This document shows positions 11,291-17,953 of a stretch of 32,000 bases of DNA, piece by piece. Under the pieces are notes generated by a model. It was given only the letters and a program-made list of their open reading frames with translations, made no database searches and had not been told where the DNA came from. Every line of letters begins with the position of its first letter. The stretch's first letter is position 1. The stretch is from Xylanibacter ruminicola 23. Its GTDB lineage: Bacteria > Bacteroidota > Bacteroidia > Bacteroidales > Bacteroidaceae. The DNA lies in NCBI RefSeq assembly GCF_000025925.1, contig NC_014033.1:3390001-3422000 (forward strand). Reading direction: 5' to 3'. Both the position numbers and the translations under genes were made by a program.

Positions 11291-11300
11291 TAAAAAATTG

Positions 11301-11308
11301 TAACTTTG
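11301..11308 (+). promoter_or_regulatory. -7 promoter box (TAacTTTG) for the epimerase/PAP2 pair
   Basis: taactttg lies 20 nt upstream of ATG 11329. Confidence 0.5.
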
Positions 11309-11328
11309 CACGGAAATTTTTAAGATGT

Positions 11329-12324
11329 ATGAAGATATTAGTAACTGGTGCGAGTGGTTTTATCGGCTCGTTTATTGTTGAGGAGGCACTCCGTCGCGGC
11401 TTTGATACATGGGCTGCGGTACGTGGCAGTAGCTCTAAGGCTTATCTGCAGGATGAGCGCATCAACTTTATCGAACTGAACCTTTCGTCGAAGGCTCAAT
11501 TGGTGGAGCAGCTACGTGGTCAGGCATTCGATTATGTGGTACATGCTGCAGGTGTAACTAAGTGCTTGGATAAACAGGATTTCTTCCGTATAAACACCGA
11601 GGGAACTAAGAATCTGGTTGATGCACTCGTCGAGGTAGGTATGCCGCTGAAGCGATTGGTGTTTGTAAGCAGCTTGAGCATTTTTGGTGCTATCCGTGAA
11701 CAGCAGCCTTATCAGGAGATTAAGGAAACCGATACGCCCCAGCCTAATACCGCTTATGGTCGCAGTAAACTGGCCGCTGAGCAGTATCTGGAACAGATGG
11801 CCTCGCGCGTACCTTATATAATAGTACGTCCAACTGGTGTTTATGGTCCTCGTGAGAAAGACTATTTTATTATGGCCAAGAGCATTAAGCAGCACTCTGA
11901 TTTTGCTGTAGGCTACAAGCGTCAGGATATCACCTTTGTATATGTAAAGGATGTGGTTCAGGCCATCTTTCTGGCTTTGGATAAGGGCGAGAACGGTAGA
12001 AAGTACTTCTTGAGCGATGGTAAGGTATATCAGAGCGAGACGTTCAGCAATCTGATTCATCAGGAACTGGGATGCCCATGGTGGATTCGAATCAAGGCGC
12101 CTATCTGGGTACTGCGTGTGGTAACCTTCTTTGGTGAGTATATCGGACGACTGACAGGTAAGGTAACCGCGCTTAATAACGATAAATATAATATTCTTCG
12201 TCAGCGTAATTGGCGTTGTGATATACAGCCCGCTATCAGTGAACTGGGCTATAAGCCTGAGTACGATCTGGAACGTGGCGTGAAAGAAACAATTAAATGG
12301 TATCAGGATAACAAATGGTTATAA
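11329..12324 (+). CDS. NAD-dependent epimerase/dehydratase family protein (extended SDR)
   Basis: Rossmann motif VTGASGFIGS and catalytic YxxxK (TAYGRSKLAAE). The length is 331 aa. Confidence 0.85.
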   Translation: MKILVTGASGFIGSFIVEEALRRGFDTWAAVRGSSSKAYLQDERINFIELNLSSKAQLVEQLRGQAFDYVVHAAGVTKCLDKQDFFRINTEGTKNLVDALVEVGMPLKRLVFVSSLSIFGAIREQQPYQEIKETDTPQPNTAYGRSKLAAEQYLEQMASRVPYIIVRPTGVYGPREKDYFIMAKSIKQHSDFAVGYKRQDITFVYVKDVVQAIFLALDKGENGRKYFLSDGKVYQSETFSNLIHQELGCPWWIRIKAPIWVLRVVTFFGEYIGRLTGKVTALNNDKYNILRQRNWRCDIQPAISELGYKPEYDLERGVKETIKWYQDNKWL

Positions 12325-13271
12325 AAAAGATATTCGAGATAGAAAAGAAACCCCGTAAGGGATTAATGGCATTCGAGTGGGCAGTGATGGCTTATTTGCT
12401 GTTTACGTTGCTGCTTATTATGATTACCTTTACCAAATTGCAGAATCCAGGCGAAATGCTTTGGGGACGTGCGCAGGTGGTTATTTCTACTCTGGCACTC
12501 TGGTGGGTGTATCGTATGATTCCCTGCCGCCTCACGATGATGTTCCGTGTGGCATTGCAGCTGATACTGCTGTCGTGGTGGTATCCTGATACCTATGATA
12601 TCAATCAGGTATTCCCTAATCTCGACCATGTGTTTGCCGGTTACGAGCAGCAGCTGTTTCACTTTCAGCCCGCTCTGGTCTTCTCGCAGGCTATCTCTAA
12701 TCCGGTGTTTAGCGAGCTGATGCATCTGGGCTATGCCTCGTATTATCCACTCATAGCCCTGGTAACACTTTACTATTTCCTGTATCGTTATCAGGAGTTT
12801 TCGCGCGTGGTGTTTATCATCCTGGCATCGTTCATGCTCTATTATGTCATCTTTGTACTGATGCCCGTTACCGGTCCGCAGTATTACTACTTGGCAGCAG
12901 GCGTAGATCAGATAGCACAGGGCAACTTCCCCAATGTGGGCGATTATTTCGCTACCCACACTGAGGCGTTAACCATACCAGGTTGGAAGGATGGCTTCTT
13001 CTACCAGTGTGTGGCCAGTGCGCACGCAGCAGGCGAACGTCCTACGGCAGCTTTCCCCAGCAGTCATGTGGGTGTAACCACCATTCTGTTGTTGTTGGCT
13101 TGGCATGCCCGTAATCGTAAACTGCTGTACACATTGTTGCCCTTTTACGTGCTGATGTGTTTCGCAACTGTTTACATTCAGGCGCACTATGCAGTAGATG
13201 TGATTGGTGGTTGGATTTCGGCCCTCGTCATCTATGCGTTTTTGTTTTTTTTATCAAAAAAATTTGTTTGA
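12315..13271 (+). CDS. PAP2-superfamily integral membrane protein (lipid phosphatase / phosphotransferase-like)
   Basis: Multiple hydrophobic helices. PAP2 C2/C3-like motifs FPSSHVG and QAHYAVDVIGG. The ATG overlaps the epimerase 3' end by 10 nt. An alternative start is M18 at 12366. Confidence 0.75.
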   Translation: MVIKKIFEIEKKPRKGLMAFEWAVMAYLLFTLLLIMITFTKLQNPGEMLWGRAQVVISTLALWWVYRMIPCRLTMMFRVALQLILLSWWYPDTYDINQVFPNLDHVFAGYEQQLFHFQPALVFSQAISNPVFSELMHLGYASYYPLIALVTLYYFLYRYQEFSRVVFIILASFMLYYVIFVLMPVTGPQYYYLAAGVDQIAQGNFPNVGDYFATHTEALTIPGWKDGFFYQCVASAHAAGERPTAAFPSSHVGVTTILLLLAWHARNRKLLYTLLPFYVLMCFATVYIQAHYAVDVIGGWISALVIYAFLFFLSKKFV

Positions 13272-13286
13272 TTCGAAAATAATGCT

Positions 13287-13294
13287 TATCTTTG
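13287..13294 (+). promoter_or_regulatory. -7 promoter box (TAtcTTTG) for greA
   Basis: tatctttg lies 121 nt upstream of the greA ATG, by far the longest leader in the window. Confidence 0.5.
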
Positions 13295-13331
13295 CAACCG
13301 AATAAGTAAGGATAAGACATAATACAACATA

Positions 13332-13372
13332 GGGATTCCGACACAAGGCGAGTCGGGATTCTTTTCTTTTTT
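13332..13372 (+). terminator. intrinsic-terminator-like hairpin inside the greA 5' leader
   Basis: gggattccgac (13332-13342) pairs with gtcgggattc (13352-13361) as a 10-bp stem including 2 G-U pairs, with a 9-nt loop. It is followed by ttttctttttt (13362-13372). Confidence 0.55.
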
Positions 13373-13415
13373 GTCCATCCGAGTAATTAAGAAAATCTTT
13401 AAAAATTGAATAGTT

Positions 13416-13883
13416 ATGGCATACATGTCACAAGAAGGCTACGATAAACTGATAGCCGAACTGCAGCGTTTAGAAGGTGTTGAGCGTCCAAAGGCCTCAG
13501 CCGCTATTGCCGAGGCCCGTGAAAAGGGCGATTTGAGTGAGAACTCTGAGTACGATGCCGCTAAGGAGGCACAGGCTCACCTTGAGGATAAGATCAATCA
13601 GCTGAAGATGACTATCGCCGAAGCAAAGGTGATAGATACCAGCCGTTTGAGCACCGATTCTGTACAGATTCTCTCGAAAGTAGAGATGACTAACCTGACC
13701 AATAAGGCCAAGATGACTTACACTATTGTAAGCGAGAGCGAGGCTAACCTGCGTGAGGGTAAGATCTCTATCCAGACTCCTATTGCCCAGGGCTTGCTGA
13801 ACCATAAGGTGGGTGATGAGGTTGAGGTGAAGATTCCTCGTGGTACTATCAAACTGCGTATCGACAAGATCACTGTTGGTTAA
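13416..13883 (+). CDS. greA: transcription elongation factor GreA
   Basis: N-terminal coiled coil with acidic tip GDLSENSEYDAAKEAQ. C-terminal FKBP-like domain ...SIQTPIAQGLLNHKVGDEVEV. The length is 155 aa. Confidence 0.93.
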   Translation: MAYMSQEGYDKLIAELQRLEGVERPKASAAIAEAREKGDLSENSEYDAAKEAQAHLEDKINQLKMTIAEAKVIDTSRLSTDSVQILSKVEMTNLTNKAKMTYTIVSESEANLREGKISIQTPIAQGLLNHKVGDEVEVKIPRGTIKLRIDKITVG

Positions 13884-13910
13884 TTGAAAATTTGATAATT
13901 GAAAATTGAA
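13881..13910 (+). repeat. 15-nt tandem duplication forming the greA-HIT spacer
   Basis: taattgaaaatttga (13881-13895) is followed by taattgaaaattgaa (13896-13910). The first copy begins with the greA stop TAA. Confidence 0.8.
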
Positions 13911-13914
13911 AGGC

Positions 13915-14307
13915 ATGGATATCTTTAGCAAAATCGCAGCTGGCGAGATTCCCAGCTATAAGTGCGCTGAGAACGAGGAGTTCTACGCATTTCTTGATAT
14001 TAATCCGTTGGTAGAGGGACATACACTGGTTATCCCCCGCCGCGAAGTAGATTACATCTTTGATATGGACGACGACGAGTTGGCTCGCTATCAGGTGTTT
14101 GCTAAGCGCGTTGCTCTGGCCATCAAGAAGGCCTTCCCATGCAAAAAGGTAGCACAGGTAGTGCTGGGCCTCGAAGTGCCCCACGCACATATCCACCTCA
14201 TCCCTATGCAGAGTGAGGCCGATGTTGACTTCCGCCGTGAAAAGCTGAAGCTTACAGAAGATCAGTTTAAGGCTATTGCCGAAAAAATACGTGGTGAGTT
14301 TGTGTGA
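13915..14307 (+). CDS. HIT-family (histidine triad) nucleotide hydrolase
   Basis: Histidine triad HAHIHLIP and N-terminus MDIFSKIAAGEIPSYK typical of HinT-like proteins. The ORF-track start at 13906 is a TTG codon, and ATG 13915 is preferred. Confidence 0.88.
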   Translation: MDIFSKIAAGEIPSYKCAENEEFYAFLDINPLVEGHTLVIPRREVDYIFDMDDDELARYQVFAKRVALAIKKAFPCKKVAQVVLGLEVPHAHIHLIPMQSEADVDFRREKLKLTEDQFKAIAEKIRGEFV

Positions 14308-14320
14308 TTACACAAACTCA
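14295..14320. terminator. palindrome spanning two abutting convergent stop codons (bidirectional hairpin)
   Basis: tgagtttgtg (14295-14304) pairs with cacaaactca (14311-14320), and the loop tgatta is TGA plus the reverse complement of TAA. On the minus strand it is followed by cacgtattttttc. Confidence 0.5.
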
Positions 14321-15408
14321 TCGCCGTATTTAATCCTTACCTCGTTTACATATTTCTTTACCATCGACGAGTTGTCGCTCTTCTTGCAGATGAGTAGCAC
14401 TCCGTCTTCTTCGGCTACGATATATCCCTCCAGACCGTTGAACACGCCCAGTTTTCCTTTAGGTAGCTTGATGATGTTGTTCTTGCAGTCCTCTAGTATC
14501 ACCTCCGAGTCCATCACCACGTTGTCGTCGGGTACTTTGTGCATCACCTCGTAGATGGCATGCCAGGTACCCAGGTCGGCCCAACCAAAGTCGCATTTCA
14601 TCACATACACGTTGTTGTTGCTCTGCTCCAGAATGGCGTAGTCGAGTGATAGGTTGGGATAGCGTGGATAGTTATCGGCCACAAACTTGGCTTCCTCTTC
14701 CTCTGTGTAGTTCGGATTGTCGTAGCGTAACTCACGCAGTACCGGGGGAAATACATGCTCGAACGTGTCGAGCAAGTGGTAGGCGTTCGAAATGAAGATG
14801 CCTGTGTTCCAGTAGAACTCGCCGCTCTCCATAAACATGCGTGCAAACTCGCGTTCGGGCTTCTCGGTGAATGATTTAACCTCGAACACATCTGGCTTGC
14901 AGCTCAGGTCGCCCAGCTGTATGTAACCATAGCCTGGCTCGGCACGTGTGGGTTTAACGCCCATAGCCAGCAGCACGTTGTTTCTGGTAACGTAACTGAT
15001 GCCTACCTCCATGCTGTGTTCAAATGATGACTCGTTCAATATCAGCTGATCGCTGGGCGATACGATGATATTGGCATCTGGTGTGTGGTGGTGAATACGC
15101 ATGGCAGCCCAAGCTACACTGGGGGCTGTGTTGCGATGAATAGGCTCTACGATGATGTTCTTTGTGTCAACCTCAGGTAGTTGTTCTTTCACCAGTTCCA
15201 GATATCCCGCGCATGTACATATTAATATATTATCTTTGGGTAACAATCGGGCAAAACGGTCGTAAGTCGTTTGTAACAAAGTGCGGCCAGTGCCAAAAAG
15301 GTCCAAAAACTGTTTAGGGTACTGCTCTCGGCTAACGGGCCACAATCGCTGACCGCGACCCCCTGCCAGAATCACGCAGTAATTTTTATTATTATTTATT
15401 TCCATCAT
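14308..15408 (-). CDS. manC: mannose-1-phosphate guanylyltransferase (sugar-phosphate nucleotidyltransferase)
   Basis: ILAGGRGQRLWPVSR nucleotide-binding motif, plus PKQFL and EPGYGYI. The start was moved to MMEINNNKNYCVILAGG (15408) because a -7 box (15436-15443) lies inside the longer ORF. Confidence 0.85.
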   Translation of the reverse strand: MMEINNNKNYCVILAGGRGQRLWPVSREQYPKQFLDLFGTGRTLLQTTYDRFARLLPKDNILICTCAGYLELVKEQLPEVDTKNIIVEPIHRNTAPSVAWAAMRIHHHTPDANIIVSPSDQLILNESSFEHSMEVGISYVTRNNVLLAMGVKPTRAEPGYGYIQLGDLSCKPDVFEVKSFTEKPEREFARMFMESGEFYWNTGIFISNAYHLLDTFEHVFPPVLRELRYDNPNYTEEEEAKFVADNYPRYPNLSLDYAILEQSNNNVYVMKCDFGWADLGTWHAIYEVMHKVPDDNVVMDSEVILEDCKNNIIKLPKGKLGVFNGLEGYIVAEEDGVLLICKKSDNSSMVKKYVNEVRIKYGDEFV

Positions 15409-15435
15409 TAGGATTTTAGCATTATATTCTACCTG

Positions 15436-15443
15436 CAAACATA
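15436..15443 (-). promoter_or_regulatory. -7 promoter box (TAtgTTTG) for manC
   Basis: The reverse complement of caaacata is tatgtttg. It lies 27 nt upstream of ATG 15408. Confidence 0.5.
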
Positions 15444-15516
15444 CAAATATTTTGCGAAACAAACAAGAAAATCCAAGTTTTTTTTCATTTTCTTTTGGTA
15501 ATTCAAATAAAAGTCG

Positions 15517-15524
15517 TATCTTTG
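15517..15524 (+). promoter_or_regulatory. -7 promoter box (TAtcTTTG) for tRNA-Leu
   Basis: tatctttg lies 37 nt upstream of the tRNA 5' end. Confidence 0.5.
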
Positions 15525-15561
15525 CACCCGCTTTAGGAGATTAAGCAGCAAAGACTGTTAA

Positions 15562-15646
15562 GCCCAGATGGCGGAATCGGTAGACGCGCTGGTCTCAAAC
15601 ACCAGTGGAGCAATCCATCCCGGTTCGATCCCGGGTCTGGGTACCA
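15562..15646 (+). tRNA. tRNA-Leu (anticodon CAA), class II with long variable arm, CCA encoded
   Basis: Acceptor stem gcccaga/tctgggt. Anticodon stem ctggt/accag with loop cuCAAac. T arm cccgg-ttcgatc-ccggg. The variable arm is about 14 nt. The 3' end is a-cca. Confidence 0.93.
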
Positions 15647-15657
15647 AGTCCTAAGGC

Positions 15658-15685
15658 AAGGGAATCTTCGGATTCCCTTTTTTTG
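15658..15685 (+). terminator. rho-independent terminator after tRNA-Leu
   Basis: aagggaatc-ttcg-gattccctt forms a 9-bp stem and is followed by a T-run. Confidence 0.8.
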
Positions 15686-15719
15686 TGCCAAAAAGTTAGT
15701 AGTTTTTCAGGAAAATGAT

Positions 15720-15727
15720 TACCTTTG
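15720..15727 (+). promoter_or_regulatory. possible -7 box (TAccTTTG) only 5 nt upstream of the GH28 ATG
   Basis: This is the only TAnnTTTG match between the tRNA terminator and the GH28 coding region. Confidence 0.3.
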
Positions 15728-15732
15728 CAGCC

Positions 15733-17175
15733 ATGAGAAAGTGTTTTGCGTTTTTTCTGTTGCTGTTGTTGACTGTTTTGTCTTGCTCTGCTAAGGTGAA
15801 AACAACGATAAGTACCCGCGATTTGCAGGTAGATACTACAGGCCAGTCGCTGTGTACCAACCAGTTGCAACAAGCCATCGATCGTTTGGCTAAGAAAGGT
15901 GGTGGCACATTGTTGCTGGCGCCAGGACACTATCTTACAGGTGGCTTGATGCTGCGTTCAGGCATTACACTGCAGTTTGATGAGGGTGCTGTGTTGCTTG
16001 GTAGCACCAATCCTTACCACTATCAGTCGATGGCTGTTGAAGATACCGACGACCAACGGGGTGATAATGCCTCGATGGCCTTGTTGATGGCAGATGGAGC
16101 TGAACACGTTTCTATTTGCGGAAAGGGTGTGATTGATGGGCAGGGCCTGCAGTTGGCCCTGAATATCGATAGTCTGCACCATACAGGCGAACGGGTTGAT
16201 GCACATTACAACCAGCGTCGCCAACGTCCCAGCGAACTGGCGCGTCCCAAACTCTTTTTCTTTTACCGCTGTAAGAATATTGAGGTCAATGACGTGACAT
16301 TGAAAAGTAGTGCCAACTGGGGCTTGTCGTTCGATTTATGTCAGCACCTGAAGCTTACCAACCTGACTATCGAGAACCGTGCTTATTGGAATAATGATGG
16401 TATCGACTTTACGGATTGCCAGCATGTACTGGTAGCCGATTGCCGTATCAACTCGGCCGATGATGGCGTTTGCTTGAAGTCGTATCACACCCAGAGCGAG
16501 TGTCGTGATATAGAGCTGGCTCGTTTGGATATCCGTAGCAGTGCTTCGGCCATCAAGTTCGGTACTGCCTCGTGGGGTGGATTCCGTCAGGTGTATATCC
16601 ACGATATCAAGGTTCGCGATACGTTCCGTTCAGCCATTGCTATCGAGAGTGTTGATGGTGCTCAGATAGATAGCATCCTTGTGGAGCGTGTTGATGCACG
16701 GAACACCGGCAATCCTGTATTTATGCGTTTAGGACAGCGTGCAGGTCAGCGTAAAGGCTCGCTTAAGCATGTTACCATTCGCGATTTTAAGTGTGAGGTA
16801 CCTTTCGGTCGTCCTGATGAGGCTTACGACTTGCGAGGCCCTGAAGTGGATTTCTTTCACAATCCCTTCCCCAGTAGCATCTGCGGTATCCCTGGCAATA
16901 AAATCCAGGATGTTCTGCTTCAGAATGTCAGCATCCTTTATCCTGGTCGGGCCACCAAAGGTATGGCCTATATTCCTCTTTGGCGTAAAGGCGATGTACC
17001 CGAACAGATACAGAAATATCCGGAGTTTACCATGTTTGGCGAACTCCCGTCATGGGGCTTCTATCTTCGTCATATCGATGGTATAACGCTCCAAAATGTG
17101 CAGCTGAAGTTAGCGGCCGATGATTTCCGTCCTGCCATTGTTGATGAGGATGTGGACGGACTGTTGATTAAATAA
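15733..17175 (+). CDS. GH28-family (polygalacturonase-like, right-handed beta-helix) glycoside hydrolase, lipoprotein
   Basis: Lipoprotein signal MRKCFAFFLLLLLTVLSCS. Pectate-lyase-fold N-terminus QAIDRLAKKGGGTLLLAPGHYLTGG. GH28-like motifs NNDGIDF, SADDGVCLKS and SAIKFGT. Confidence 0.8.
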   Translation: MRKCFAFFLLLLLTVLSCSAKVKTTISTRDLQVDTTGQSLCTNQLQQAIDRLAKKGGGTLLLAPGHYLTGGLMLRSGITLQFDEGAVLLGSTNPYHYQSMAVEDTDDQRGDNASMALLMADGAEHVSICGKGVIDGQGLQLALNIDSLHHTGERVDAHYNQRRQRPSELARPKLFFFYRCKNIEVNDVTLKSSANWGLSFDLCQHLKLTNLTIENRAYWNNDGIDFTDCQHVLVADCRINSADDGVCLKSYHTQSECRDIELARLDIRSSASAIKFGTASWGGFRQVYIHDIKVRDTFRSAIAIESVDGAQIDSILVERVDARNTGNPVFMRLGQRAGQRKGSLKHVTIRDFKCEVPFGRPDEAYDLRGPEVDFFHNPFPSSICGIPGNKIQDVLLQNVSILYPGRATKGMAYIPLWRKGDVPEQIQKYPEFTMFGELPSWGFYLRHIDGITLQNVQLKLAADDFRPAIVDEDVDGLLIK

Positions 17176-17222
17176 GAAAATGTCAAAAACTCTACAAAAG
17201 ATTTTAATTAAATAGATTCGTT

Positions 17223-17870
17223 ATGATTAGGTATACCAAGAAGGAGGAGATATGGAATGCGGCATCGCACGGTGGAGGTGTTCTGTTGGGTGTGGTGTTT
17301 GGTATTATTTTCCTGATATGGTGCTTCCAGGCCGATAATAACTGGGCCCGAATTGGCGTGATTCTTTACCTGTTTGGTATGCTGGGCTCGTATGCAGCTT
17401 CTACCATCTATCACTCCATCAAACACCACTCAAAATGGAAGGAACGATTACGCAAATGGGACCATGCTGCCATCTACTGGCATATAGCTGGCTCGTACTC
17501 GCCTTTAACGTTGGTGGCCCTGCGCGAACAAGGTTATTGGGGATGGAGCCTTTTCTGCTTTGTGTGGGCTTGTGCTATTGCAGGAACCATTATCAGCTTT
17601 ATCCGTCTAAAAGAGCATTCCAACGTCGAAACGTTCTGTTTCGTCGGTATGGGACTGAGTGTTCTGGTGGCCTTCAAACCTCTGATCGATTCGGTATCAA
17701 CCGCGGCTGTTGTATGGATTATTGCCGAGGGTGTGAGCTACATCACTGGTGCCGTTTTTTATTCTTTGAATAAGACCAAGTATATGCACTCCGTTTTCCA
17801 CTTTTTTGTGCTTGCTGGTAGCATTTGTCACATCATTGCCGTGTGGGATGTGCTGATGGAGTACTTATAA
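17223..17870 (+). CDS. hemolysin III / PAQR family membrane protein
   Basis: About 7 hydrophobic helices. Conserved His positions are present (STIYHS, DHAAIY, HSVFHFFVLAGSICH). The length is 215 aa. Confidence 0.85.
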   Translation: MIRYTKKEEIWNAASHGGGVLLGVVFGIIFLIWCFQADNNWARIGVILYLFGMLGSYAASTIYHSIKHHSKWKERLRKWDHAAIYWHIAGSYSPLTLVALREQGYWGWSLFCFVWACAIAGTIISFIRLKEHSNVETFCFVGMGLSVLVAFKPLIDSVSTAAVVWIIAEGVSYITGAVFYSLNKTKYMHSVFHFFVLAGSICHIIAVWDVLMEYL

Positions 17871-17916
17871 TGGTTAAAAGTTCGGGGTTTTTTTTGGTCG
17901 TTTCGCTAAAAAGTAG

Positions 17917-17924
17917 TAATTTTG
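17917..17924 (+). promoter_or_regulatory. -7 promoter box (TAatTTTG) for the CoA-transferase gene
   Basis: taattttg lies 29 nt upstream of ATG 17954. Confidence 0.5.
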
Positions 17925-17953
17925 CACGCACATTTGCAAATTTAATCTATCAT

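Noticed and set aside
15595-15930. A 111-aa minus-strand ORF spanning the tRNA-Leu 3' half, its terminator and the GH28 start.
   Set aside because: It overlaps a well-folded tRNA and a terminator. The translation is Gln/Arg-rich with no motifs, so I judged it spurious.
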